Made by a program: the position numbers and the translations under genes. From the NCBI GenBank assembly GCA_963749655.1, contig CAVVOB010000028.1, positions 64,001 to 128,000 of the forward strand: 64,000 bases of DNA, given 5' to 3'. This stretch comes from Nitrospirota bacterium. Lineage in GTDB: Bacteria > Nitrospirota > UBA9217. Positions 54,250-63,923 of this stretch are shown piece by piece. Under the pieces are notes generated by a model. The model was not told the DNA's origin and ran no database searches. It worked only from the letters and a program-made list of their open reading frames with translations. Position 1 is the stretch's first letter, and every line of letters begins with the position of its first letter.

Positions 54250-56229
54250 ATGCGTTACCTGAACAGACAGCTCGTTCACATCCTGGTCATCGTTGTCGCC
54301 GTCTTCCTGGCGTATTCCAACACGTTCCCGGTCCCCTTTCAGCTCGACGACATCGACAATATCGTGAACAACCCTGCGATCAAGAATGTCCGCTATTTCA
54401 CCGATCCGTCCTGGATCGACAGCGCGGACAATACGGACGTTTTTGACAAACCCCTCTTCAAGACAAGATTTATCGGGTATTCTACCTTCGCCCTGAACTA
54501 CGCGCTGGACGGACTGAATGTCCGGGGCTATCATCTGGTGAATCTCCTGATCCATGCCGTCAATGCCGCGCTCCTCTATTGGATCATTATCCTGACGTTG
54601 AGGACGCCCTCCTTTCCGGCCGACAGCGGCACAGAGCGCTCCCTTTTCTCCTCTCCCCGGGATCTTTTTGCGCTCTTTACCGCACTGCTCTTCGCCGTCC
54701 ATCCGGTCCAGACCCAGGCGGTTACGTACATTGTCCAGCGATTTGCCTCACTCGCCACGCTCTTCGCCTTCCTTGCGCTTTTGCTGTATATACGGTTCAG
54801 GCTTGCCGGGCTCAACCCCCGCGTTGTTCCTCGACCGTTCGGCTTTGGGGCATCGCTGAAGCAATACGCCGCATATGCCGGATCCCTCGTTTCGGTCGTA
54901 CTTGCGATGAAGACCAAGGAATTCGGCATGCTCCTTCCCGTGGTCATTACGATGTATGAGCTCCTGTTCTTTGAAGGAAGCGCTAAGAAGAGGCTTCAAT
55001 ACCTGCTCCCCTTCGGCCTGACCATGGCCATCCTCCCCATCACCCTGCTCAACATTGCCGGCTCGCTGCCCGGAGCAGGCGGGGTCAATGATGTGGCATC
55101 GCAAATATCGGGCACGCAGGGAGGAATCCCGCGTCTGGACTACCTGTTTACCCAGTTTCGCGTGATCGTTACCTATATCCGCTTGCTTTTCCTGCCGATC
55201 GACCAGGCTTTTGATTACGACTATCCGGTCTACCATTCGCTCTTGGCGCCCCCTGTAGCGGTCTCGCTCCTTTTCCTCCTGTCGATTTTTACCGCCGGTC
55301 TCCATATGTACCGCCTGTCCCGCGTCGAAGGGACCCATGGCCACCTGTACCGGCTCTGTTCGTTCGGAATCTTCTGGTTCTTTCTGACCATCACTCCCGA
55401 GTCAAGCATCATCCCCATAGCAGACGTGATCTTCGAGCACCGGGTCTATCTTCCGTCGGCCGGCTTCTTTATCTCGCTGACATCGATCGTCGCCCTGGTC
55501 TTTGCGCACTGGCAGAACAGAACAAGATCGACGAACGGAGTTCTGATTGCCGCGGCGGTTTTACTGATGATAGCGCTGGCAACGGCCACCTATGCACGCA
55601 ACGTTGTCTGGCAAAGCAGCATCGCGCAGCTGCAGGACGATATCAGGAAGAGCCCGGGAAAAGCGCGGCCGCACCGGGCACTGGGAGGCATCTATGCAGA
55701 GCAGGGCAGGATAGCAGAAGCGCTGTATCACATCAGGACGGCAATAGCGCTCAAACCCGACGACGCAGATGCCCACTATTCCCTCGGCCTTCTGTTTGCA
55801 GGGTTGGGACGCATGGAGGAAGCCGTAAACGAATACAAGCTCGCCATTGGAATCAGGTTCGAGTACGCTGAAGCCCACGGAAATCTGGGAGTTGCCTATG
55901 CGCAGCAGGGTCGAACCGATGAGGCAATACGCGAATACCGGACCGTATTGATGATCACCCCAGCGTCCGCAAGGACCCGCAACAACCTCGCTAATGCCCT
56001 GGGAAAGCTGGGCCGCACGGAAGAAGCGATCAATGAATACCGGACTGCCCTCCGCTTCGAGCCCGGTCTTGTCGAAGCCCATTACAACCTGGGCAATGCC
56101 TACGCGAGACTGGGACGCAGGGAAGAGGCGCTGGCCGAATACCGGACCGCCCTCCGGCTTAAGCCCGATTTCCTCGAAGCGCACCGGCAGATCGAAGGGA
56201 ACAGCCAGAAGGATTACAGCCGAAAATGA
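54250..56229 (+). CDS. Second TMTC-like GT-C glycosyltransferase with TPRs
   Basis: FQLDD..IVNNP, HPVQTQAVTYIVQRF, FEHRVYLPS; about 5 tandem 34-aa TPRs. Confidence 0.82.
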   Translation: MRYLNRQLVHILVIVVAVFLAYSNTFPVPFQLDDIDNIVNNPAIKNVRYFTDPSWIDSADNTDVFDKPLFKTRFIGYSTFALNYALDGLNVRGYHLVNLLIHAVNAALLYWIIILTLRTPSFPADSGTERSLFSSPRDLFALFTALLFAVHPVQTQAVTYIVQRFASLATLFAFLALLLYIRFRLAGLNPRVVPRPFGFGASLKQYAAYAGSLVSVVLAMKTKEFGMLLPVVITMYELLFFEGSAKKRLQYLLPFGLTMAILPITLLNIAGSLPGAGGVNDVASQISGTQGGIPRLDYLFTQFRVIVTYIRLLFLPIDQAFDYDYPVYHSLLAPPVAVSLLFLLSIFTAGLHMYRLSRVEGTHGHLYRLCSFGIFWFFLTITPESSIIPIADVIFEHRVYLPSAGFFISLTSIVALVFAHWQNRTRSTNGVLIAAAVLLMIALATATYARNVVWQSSIAQLQDDIRKSPGKARPHRALGGIYAEQGRIAEALYHIRTAIALKPDDADAHYSLGLLFAGLGRMEEAVNEYKLAIGIRFEYAEAHGNLGVAYAQQGRTDEAIREYRTVLMITPASARTRNNLANALGKLGRTEEAINEYRTALRFEPGLVEAHYNLGNAYARLGRREEALAEYRTALRLKPDFLEAHRQIEGNSQKDYSRK

Positions 56230-56698
56230 TCGGCACGAAGCACGTCAGATCGAATCATGTTTTTATGGATTAGGCGAAGTCTGTCCGCTTGATCATACGT
56301 GAACCCGGCTACAGTCTCACTCAATTCCGGCCCCTACCCGCCGTACTCCGTATCATAGTCCCATCCGAACGCAACTCCCTCTTTCGATGCACCGGGCTGA
56401 ACCATGGTCCGTGCTTACGCCGTTTTCCCCGTACTGCAGTCCATATTTTTTCACCCAACACCGGCAAGAAATTCTTAAATCCATAATAACAGCGGCCGCA
56501 TGTGCTGCAGGCTGAAAACGGCAGAGGAGGTGAGACCTCAGCCATCGGCGTCCGAGACCGGGGGGTTGCGGGATCCGGCGAGAAGGCAGTTGAGCCGAAG
56601 CTCGTCTTCAATTCTCCGTTAAACACCAATGGCTGGGCTGGTCGGAAGATCCTTCTTCGGCAGCCCGGCCATTCTTTTTCATCGGATGTTCTGCTCCA

Positions 56699-57730
56699 TT
56701 ACGTCAACTGCGGCGCAAGGGTGAAGCGGTGCTCTCCTACTTTTTCGATCGTGGTCGTCACCACGTCTCCCGGCTTGAGCCAGACCTGCTTTTCAGGCGG
56801 ATAGCCCAGGATCACGCCCTCGGGCGTGCCCGTAAAGATGATGTCACCGGGCTTGAGCGTCCAGACCTGGGAGATATAGCTGACGATGGTCTTGCAGTCG
56901 AAGATCATGTCGTTGGTGTTCGACGACTGGCGGACCACGCCGTTCACCCGGCACTCGAGCTTCAGGTTCTGCGGGTCCGGGATTTGGTCTGCGGTGACCA
57001 GCCAGGGACCGAGCGGAGCGAAGCCGTCGCTGGTCTTGCCGAGCATCAGCTGGCTCGTCTTGAACTGCAGGTCGCGGGCCGAGAAGTCGTTGCCTGTTGT
57101 GTAGCCGAAGACGTACGAAAGCGCGTCCTCCACGCTCACGTTGCGCGCCGTCCTGCCGATCACGATCACCAGCTCGACCTCGTAATCGAACTTCTTCGCA
57201 ACGTTCTGCGGCAGGTTGATGACGCCGTTGTGAAAATTGAGCGCATTGTTGAACTTGTTGAAGAGCACCGGCGAGCTGGGCGTCGGGATGTGCATCTCCG
57301 CAACATGCTTCTTGTAGTTGTAACCGAGGCAGATGATCTTCTCCGGGTTCGTCACCGCGGGGCCGAAGGCAATTTTGTCCTCGGCTGTGAATGCGGACAC
57401 CAGCCCGTCGCTCGCAAGCGCTTCATCGACAAACGCCTTCAGCGAAGCGGCGTCCATGCCCATGAGCACTTCAGTGATGGACGTGGGTGCGCTCTTCCCG
57501 AGGATCTTGGACGCCCGCACCACATCGAGAACTCCTTTTGCCGTCCGGATACCGAGCGTGTACACGCCGTCGCGGCGAATTGTACAAAACGTCATCTGCT
57601 TTGGAAGGTCTCGGCCTCCGGCCGTTAGAGTCTTCAACTCCGCGGCGTTCGTGATGAGCGCCGGCCCTAGGGCCGCGGCTATGCCCGCGGCGCCCGCTAA
57701 TTTAAGAAAGCTTCTTCGCGTCTGCTCCAT
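56699..57730 (-). CDS. Fumarylacetoacetate hydrolase family protein with Tat signal
   Basis: TRRSFLK; KIICLGYNY, DYEVEL, NDFSARDLQ, GDIIFTGTPEGV. Confidence 0.9.
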   Translation of the reverse strand: MEQTRRSFLKLAGAAGIAAALGPALITNAAELKTLTAGGRDLPKQMTFCTIRRDGVYTLGIRTAKGVLDVVRASKILGKSAPTSITEVLMGMDAASLKAFVDEALASDGLVSAFTAEDKIAFGPAVTNPEKIICLGYNYKKHVAEMHIPTPSSPVLFNKFNNALNFHNGVINLPQNVAKKFDYEVELVIVIGRTARNVSVEDALSYVFGYTTGNDFSARDLQFKTSQLMLGKTSDGFAPLGPWLVTADQIPDPQNLKLECRVNGVVRQSSNTNDMIFDCKTIVSYISQVWTLKPGDIIFTGTPEGVILGYPPEKQVWLKPGDVVTTTIEKVGEHRFTLAPQLT

Positions 57731-57880
57731 GGTAAAACCTCCTTTCCCAAGGGTTGAGCTACCTTAGGACTATGTACGACTGGATTTTTTTATCGGACTA
57801 TTAATATAAATATAATACCTTTTGAAATGCATGCTGATCAGGCAGGGCGTATCATACGAGAGGGCAGGGTGAAAAAAGAC

Positions 57881-58075
57881 GGACGCAGATTAAACCAGGT
57901 CGGGATGACCCGTTCCATCTGCGTCCACGTTCGACATCTGCGGATAGATGATATCGTAAAAAGTCTTTTTTTCCGCAGAAGTCACAAAATTTTAAAAACT
58001 ATCATGGTTTTTTAAAGACTCTCTTTGTGCTTTTTGTGCCTTTTGTGGCAAATCTTGACTTCATACGACTTCATC
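57881..58075. repeat. 9-mer palindrome plus MITE-like element with 19-bp imperfect TIRs
   Basis: GATGATATCGTAAAAAGTC (57947) ... GACTTCATACGACTTCATC (58075) enclosing (TTTGTGCTT)-type repeats; a GGACGCAGAT/ATCTGCGTCC hairpin abuts on the left. Confidence 0.6.
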
Positions 58076-58109
58076 ATGGAAGATATTTCGTTTCCATTTT
58101 TAAATGCTT

Positions 58110-58430
58110 CTAGGGCATCGCTGAAACTCCGACTTCACCGGCTAGGGCCTGTTTTTCGCTGTACAGTAAGGGCATCTTCTCCTCTTGTTCATCGGCAAGA
58201 TGCCAGGCGCGCTTATACAGACCGGCCGGCTGCTTGACGACCACTCTGAATTGCCCCTCTTCCAGAGTAACGGGCATGAACACGCCGGCCTCCTGTGCAT
58301 GAAGGTTGGCCTGTATGAGCGCCCACTCGCTTCCCGTGGTGAATCCTGCGTCCCTGCCGAGCGGGAATCCGACGGCAAAACCCGCCCCCAGTAAAACCAG
58401 CGCCAATGCTGTCCACGTTATGATCTTCAT
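58110..58430 (-). CDS. Small membrane-anchored/exported hypothetical protein
   Basis: AGGAGAGG RBS; N-terminal hydrophobic helix. Confidence 0.6.
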   Translation of the reverse strand: MKIITWTALALVLLGAGFAVGFPLGRDAGFTTGSEWALIQANLHAQEAGVFMPVTLEEGQFRVVVKQPAGLYKRAWHLADEQEEKMPLLYSEKQALAGEVGVSAMP

Positions 58431-59051
58431 TTCCTCTCCTTTCGACAAGCGAAGATGAGGTGAGCAACCGCCTGTGTCGTCCGGGGAAGCAGTGAAGCGG
58501 TCCCCTGCTTGCCCGACCCCGGGCGAATACTGTATCAATGGCTTTCTTGCGAAGACATTTCTGCAAGTCTGTTAGACGATCAATTGTGTCAGCGAATTTG
58601 AACTACCTGCAGCATGTTGCAGGGAATGCACTACTTAATTCACTTTCATTTACTATTTATTGAATCAGCTGTCTGCGCTCGGGTGTCGATGTTCAGATTA
58701 CAACTTGAAGCTTCCATCCGTGTGCTTAAGGAGCAAGTTCAATGCCGTTTGATGAATCGCAATATATCAATCCCTTGTATTCTTCCTGATTCCCTCTGAA
58801 CACCGGATTGTGCCTTTGGGAAACATTTCTACTTAATTCTTTATGCGCAGCATCGATGGTCTTGTTGCCTTTAAGGTCAATTTAATTAGCTGGTTGAAGG
58901 TTAAGAGATATCTTTAATGAGTGGAGCTATCGGATACAACTTAAGTCAGAAATCTGACGGTGCCGCAGTATACCTTTCGTGTGTCTTTTCAAGTAGCAAT
59001 AACCGTCCGATGAGCGTACCATAGGATAATAACTTCCCCGGGAGAGGCTGA

Positions 59052-59486
59052 ATGAAGATATCTGAAATGATCAAGGATGCAATCGACAAAAAGGGGTTCA
59101 AGAACCTCAAAGATGCTTCCAAGGCGCTGGGGATCAGCGCGGAGCTCCTGCGCGTCATAATCGGCAAGGGACATATTCCGAAAGACGCCACCCTCACCAA
59201 GATCGCAAAAATTTTGAAGATGGAAATGTCCACGCTTGTTCTCGCCGCTCACCAGGAAAAAGTGCCTGACGAGGTCAAAGGCTTCTTTCTCGTTCCCTCG
59301 CAGGCCAAGTTCAACCGGGGCAAGCGTAAATTCCCTCTTTCCGAGGAACAGACCACGTACCTCGAAAAGATCCTGGGGATTGATGAGATCATGATGCTGA
59401 GGAAATGCCGGCAGGTAACCGATGAGGCGCGGACGCAGATAGCGGGATATGTGGACTTCATGTATGGATCGAAGAAAGAGTCCTGA
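59052..59486 (+). CDS. XRE-like HTH DNA-binding protein
   Basis: LKDASKALGISAELLRVII..G..P..TLTKIA..L pattern. Confidence 0.7.
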   Translation: MKISEMIKDAIDKKGFKNLKDASKALGISAELLRVIIGKGHIPKDATLTKIAKILKMEMSTLVLAAHQEKVPDEVKGFFLVPSQAKFNRGKRKFPLSEEQTTYLEKILGIDEIMMLRKCRQVTDEARTQIAGYVDFMYGSKKES

Positions 59487-59556
59487 TCTTCAGCAGGGCA
59501 ACGATACAATTGCGCACATATTCAGATTCCAGTATCTGACCCGTAAGGGATACAGA

Positions 59557-59613
59557 ATCCCCGTTCCCGATACCCGCGGTTGAAAGCCGGGATCCCGGGA
59601 ACGGGGATTTTTT
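59557..59613 (+). terminator. Intrinsic terminator
   Basis: AATCCCCGTTCCCG...CGGGAACGGGGATT plus T-run. Confidence 0.65.
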
Positions 59614-59628
59614 AAGGAAACTACTACT

Positions 59629-59764
59629 TGATGATCTCTTAAAAAGTCGAAGATCGCAAACGGGCGGTCATTCCGGCTTGTCCGGAATCGTTTCTTAACA
59701 AAACGCTATATATGGCATTATGATTCCCGACAAGCGGGAATGACGACTTTTTACGAGTTCATCA
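59629..59764. mobile_element. MITE-like element (20-bp TIRs) carrying a REP-like doublet
   Basis: TGATGATCTCTTAAAAAGTC / GACTTTTTACGAGTTCATCA (18/20 match); inner GTCATTCCGGCTTGTCCGGAATC...GATTCCCGACAAGCGGGAATGAC. Confidence 0.65.
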
Positions 59765-60593
59765 CTACTGCTTCCACGCAATCGTCGCTTCGTTTCTCGG
59801 CGGCAGCAGGCGGTACTTGTATTTCGGGTAGCCCGCCATCATGGCGCCGAATGCAGCGTGGCCTTCGGGAATGCCGATGCGCCTGCTGAAGCGGGGGATA
59901 TTGCGGTATCGCGAGCATGAAGAAACCGGCCCAACATGCGCCGAGTCCCAGGGTAGGAGCAGCGAGATCGAAATAGGAGAGCGCGTTGGCGCAGTCGATC
60001 GACCCCAGGGGGTACTGTTTGGGAGCGTGAGCGATCACGATCGCAGGAGCGCTCCGGGCGATGATGTCGATGCCGGCTTCCCACGCGCCGATGATGTTGG
60101 TGAGGTTGTAGGCCTGCGCCAGGGGATGGTTGGCCTTGATCATTTCACGCAGCAGATCGATGATCATGGCGGCCAGCTTGCGCACCCCCTCACGCGTATC
60201 GACAACGATCCATCCGACAAGCTGGCTGTTCGACCCTGTCGGCGCGTAGTGGGCGAGCTCGATGAGCTTTGCGAGTTTCTCGCGCTCCACGGGCTTGTCC
60301 TGGTACGTGCGGATGGACCGCCGCGAACGCAGGAAGTGCTCGGTTTGTTCGAGGGAGAGCGCGAGCTCTTTTCTCAGGGGAGCAAAATCCGCTGTCCTTA
60401 TCATCGTGTGGGTAAAGGCGCCGTGCGGGCAGACCGCAACGCAGTGACCGCATTTGATGCAGCGGGCCTCGGCATCCGCGACGGGTGTCGGCGTTGATTC
60501 GGCGTCCTTCATCTCAATGAGCTTCAAGGGACATTCGGCGACGCAGATGCCGTCGCGCTTGCACTTCTTTTCGTCGATCGTGAATAAAGCCAT
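59765..60593 (-). CDS. 4Fe-4S-nitroreductase fusion, one frameshift near 59880
   Basis: Two ferredoxin motifs, RRSIR, APTGSNSQ, LGACWAG; the GYP tail is in another frame ending at 59765. Confidence 0.88.
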
Positions 60594-60600
60594 GACGCCT

Positions 60601-60740
60601 CCTGTTGAAAAATTGCGGCTCGAAGACCTTAGCCGTCATTCCTGCGCAGGCAGGAAGCCAGTTTTTTTAATATGATTCTGGATGCCAGCCTTCGCTGGCA
60701 TGACGAAATTTGTCGTGCTTGAGCTTTTTCAGCAACCTGT
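60601..60740. repeat. REP-like doublet inside IS-like short inverted ends
   Basis: CGTCATTCCTGCGCAGGCAGGAAGCCAG...CTGGATGCCAGCCTTCGCTGGCATGACG flanked by CCTGTTGAAAAA / TTTTTCAGCAACCTG. Confidence 0.65.
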
Positions 60741-60756
60741 TAGAATGATAACGACG

Positions 60757-61341
60757 CTATGACGCGAGTTTTCTGCCGAACGCCTTTGCCCGCTCCTGCA
60801 GGTCGCGGTCCTGCTTCATGGCCTCATTGTACATCGAAGCGTTCGGCACGAGAAACGAGTCGAACCCCGCGCCGGCAAATCCGGCAATAACACTGAATGT
60901 GTCCTCGATGAGCCTCAGACCCGGCTCGATCCCGCCCCCGCCGGTCGCGATCACGGCCATGTTGATCTTGCCGAGTTTGTGGTCGTACCCGCCTTTATTC
61001 GTATTGAATTTGGCAAGGGAATACATCCGGTCGACCAAGGACTTGATCTGCGCGCTCGGCCCGAAGAAATACGTGGGCGTTGCGAACACAACGACGTCGG
61101 CATCGGGGATTCGCACTATCACCGGCTTCACTTCGTCATCCACTGCACATTCGAATTTGTCGGACTTCTGGCAGCCCATGCAGCCGATGCACCCGCCGAA
61201 CTTGCTTTTGAGCCTGGTCACATCGATGATTTCAACATTCGCGCCCGCTTCTTGCGCGCCTTGTGCAAACCACCCCACTACCGTATTCGTATTGCCGTTC
61301 TTCCGGGCACTGCCGGATAGAACCATGATCTTCTTTGTCAT
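60757..61341 (-). CDS. Flavodoxin-fold iron-sulfur flavoprotein (Isf-like)
   Basis: GSARKNGNT, CIGCMGC...C, ATPTYF, KSLVDR. Confidence 0.88.
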   Translation of the reverse strand: MTKKIMVLSGSARKNGNTNTVVGWFAQGAQEAGANVEIIDVTRLKSKFGGCIGCMGCQKSDKFECAVDDEVKPVIVRIPDADVVVFATPTYFFGPSAQIKSLVDRMYSLAKFNTNKGGYDHKLGKINMAVIATGGGGIEPGLRLIEDTFSVIAGFAGAGFDSFLVPNASMYNEAMKQDRDLQERAKAFGRKLAS

Positions 61342-61407
61342 AAAGCCCTCCTTGATGAAATTGCGTCAGCGGTCGCTGACGGCATAGTACCGGTGAGCCA
61401 CTGCAGA

Positions 61408-61419
61408 AACCGACCGGTC
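61408..61419. promoter_or_regulatory. Candidate TetR operator 2
   Basis: AACCGACCGGTC, a variant of GACCG-N2-CGGTC. Confidence 0.5.
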
Positions 61420-61442
61420 GATTAATTGCATAATTTAAAAAA

Positions 61443-62030
61443 CTACTTCTTCAACCCGAGCATGATCTTGAGCGACTTCAAACCGTCCCGCAGCGGCTTC
61501 TCGCTTTTCTCGAGCCGCGAGAGCATGATGCCGCCTTCGAGCACCATGATGATATGCCTCGCGAGAAGGTCCGCCGGGATATCTTTCGTAACGGTCCCGG
61601 TCTTCTGCGCGGCCTGCACTACTTCACGGATCTTTTCGATCCATTCATCGAACAGGCCGCGAACGAATGCTGCGACGCGTTTGTCCTTGTCGCTCATTTC
61701 CGAGGCAATATTGCCGAAGATGCAGCCGCCCGAAAAATCCATACTTTTTTGGTAATCGAGCACGCCCTGCAGAAAATTTTCGAGCTTATCAGCAGGCGTC
61801 TTCCCCTGCAGCGCCGCGTCCACCAGTCTGAACAGGTCTGCCTTCGACTTTTCGAGGATCGCGAGCAGCAGTTCGTCCTTGCCGGTAAAATGAAAATACA
61901 GGCAGCCCTTCTGCAGGCCCGTGGCTTCCACAAGGTCGCTCATGCTGGTGGCTTCGAAGCCCCTCTTCTGAACGAGCTTGGTGGCTTCAGCCACGATCTT
62001 TTGTTTTGTTAATTCGCCTTTGGAGGTCAT
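61443..62030 (-). CDS. TetR/AcrR regulator (NemR/LmrA-like)
   Basis: GFEATSMSDL..TG..KG.LYFHF..KDEL; GCIFGN; EGGIM. Confidence 0.9.
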   Translation of the reverse strand: MTSKGELTKQKIVAEATKLVQKRGFEATSMSDLVEATGLQKGCLYFHFTGKDELLLAILEKSKADLFRLVDAALQGKTPADKLENFLQGVLDYQKSMDFSGGCIFGNIASEMSDKDKRVAAFVRGLFDEWIEKIREVVQAAQKTGTVTKDIPADLLARHIIMVLEGGIMLSRLEKSEKPLRDGLKSLKIMLGLKK

Positions 62031-62051
62031 ATCACGAGCGGCCAAAAAACA

Positions 62052-62094
62052 GACCGAACGGTCGGATATTATCATGAGGGGTGGACTGTGTCAA
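62052..62094 (-). promoter_or_regulatory. tetR promoter with palindromic operator
   Basis: TTGACA-17-TAATAT followed by GACCG-TT-CGGTC (62052-62063) over the start site. Confidence 0.7.
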
Positions 62095-62558
62095 TAAGGA
62101 ATGTGATGGAGGTCGCGTCAGGGTTCTCACAACAACAAATTCTTTCCATGACTGATCGATATCTAGCCTGACCTCTTTGAGAGTTCGGGGTTTGGCTGAG
62201 TTATCTTATGCCGTGAACCACCCTGCTTTCACCGGCAGCCCAAATTATAATTTGAGGACCCACGGAAAATGTGACTATTACCTTGACTGAGTCCGGCTTT
62301 TGATGCAGAATCGACTTTGATACGGCATGTCTTCATGCAGGCGAGCTCCGCAAGATGGTCGTCACGGGGAAGTCCTCCTGCGCGAATTTGACTGCCGCGG
62401 ACGCCTTGGAAGCGTTCAACCGGACCTGTGACGAAAGCACGGGGACCGCGCAGTTCATTTCCACGGGGCTCAAATGGCCTCCAGATATCAATTAATACCT
62501 TTTCAGGATCAGCGTTCCAGGAACTCAATCCCGTCATCCGTAGAAAGGAGAGCAACAG

Positions 62559-63230
62559 ATGGAAAAGCAAGGCATTGATTTCGCGGCTATGCCGGTAACG
62601 GCAATCAAGGTAATAACATCACCTGCTGTTTTTTTCAGGGAGATGCCGAAGACGGGGGGCTTTGTTGAACCGCTCGTGTTCATGGCTGTCATGGGTGCTG
62701 TTGCCGGCCTCGTGCAGGCCATCCTGGCCATCCTTGGCTTTAACCTCGGCACAGGAACGGGGATGGCAATTTCCTCGATCATCATCTTCCCCATTATGGC
62801 TGCGATCTTCGGGTTCATCGGCGCGGCGATCGCCTTTGTGATCTGGAAGCTCATGGGCTCAACGGAGCCCTACGAGACCGCATACCGGTGCGTCGCATAC
62901 ATAACCGCACTCTGGCCGGTCACGACGATCCTGGGGACCATTCCCTATCTCGGCATAGTGCTCGTCATTGCGCTCACGGTATACTACTATGCGATTGCGG
63001 GCATCGAGGCCCACAAGATAGCCACGCAGACCGCATGGCTCGTCTCCGGGATCATCGGCGTAATCCTCATCGCGATGTCGATCGGCGGGGCGATCGCGTC
63101 ACGTTCCCTCCGAAGCGAGTCGCTTCAATACCAGAAGCAGATGGAAGAGACGGCGAAGGAAATGCAGAAGAGTTCGGAAGCGACAAAAAAGGCGCTGGAA
63201 GAGCTGCAAAAGAAGATGCAGAATAAGTAG
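62559..63230 (+). CDS. YIP1-family membrane protein
   Basis: VITSPAVFFREMP, five TMs, coiled-coil tail; AAGGAG RBS. Confidence 0.8.
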   Translation: MEKQGIDFAAMPVTAIKVITSPAVFFREMPKTGGFVEPLVFMAVMGAVAGLVQAILAILGFNLGTGTGMAISSIIIFPIMAAIFGFIGAAIAFVIWKLMGSTEPYETAYRCVAYITALWPVTTILGTIPYLGIVLVIALTVYYYAIAGIEAHKIATQTAWLVSGIIGVILIAMSIGGAIASRSLRSESLQYQKQMEETAKEMQKSSEATKKALEELQKKMQNK

Positions 63231-63299
63231 CTTGGCAGGAAACGCGCCTGTGTTTTGAGCAGTATTCTTAAGCGATGCTTGACGAGAGCGGTAGGTCCC

Positions 63300-63923
63300 C
63301 TACCGCTCTTTTTTGTTGGGAGGTCTGGGACCCCGCGAAGGCGGAAAAACCATTTCGGGCTCGGGCCATGACTTTCGGTCCAGTTCCTTGAATAGAGCCG
63401 TGAGTGATCGCTTCAGCTCTTGGTAGGCGGTCTTCGTGAGCGTATTGCTGAACCCGATTTCCACCCCGGCAGTCATGGTTTGAGCCGAAAGCCTGAATCC
63501 CATGGATAGAACGAAGGATTCGTTACTCGGAAACCCGCCCTCTTCCGCCATCATCTCATCAAACTGTGGGAAGTCCTTCGCAAGAGACCATTTCTCGATC
63601 TTCAGTTCGGGATGCCGTTTGCGCCAATCGGAAAAACATCTTTCAATCCCGGCTTCCGCCTCTTTGATCAAGGGCGCGTGTTTTCTTCGGAACTCTTCGT
63701 TCTGCTCGTTGATTATCTGCTGCAATTTATGGGGATCGGATTCAGACCAATGTTTATACACCATCGACGCGATGGAGATCCGGTACCACTCTTTATCAAC
63801 CGTGACGCTATTGGGTCCGCTCGTAAGTGCCTCCTGAGGAAAGATCACCGAGACCGCTAGCGCGATCATCGCGCTGAACAGCGGCACACGGCTGAAAATA
63901 AACAGAAAGGAATTTCGTTTCAT
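63300..63923 (-). CDS. Hypothetical exported protein
   Basis: 207-aa ORF with an N-terminal hydrophobic segment; no motif recognised. Confidence 0.55.
   Translation of the reverse strand: MKRNSFLFIFSRVPLFSAMIALAVSVIFPQEALTSGPNSVTVDKEWYRISIASMVYKHWSESDPHKLQQIINEQNEEFRRKHAPLIKEAEAGIERCFSDWRKRHPELKIEKWSLAKDFPQFDEMMAEEGGFPSNESFVLSMGFRLSAQTMTAGVEIGFSNTLTKTAYQELKRSLTALFKELDRKSWPEPEMVFPPSRGPRPPNKKER

Noticed and set aside
56625-56695. Second GEMM riboswitch (GCCGGGCTGCCGAAG on the minus strand)
   Set aside because: P2 and most of P3 are absent and it lies downstream of a gene; better explained as a terminator-like hairpin between convergent genes
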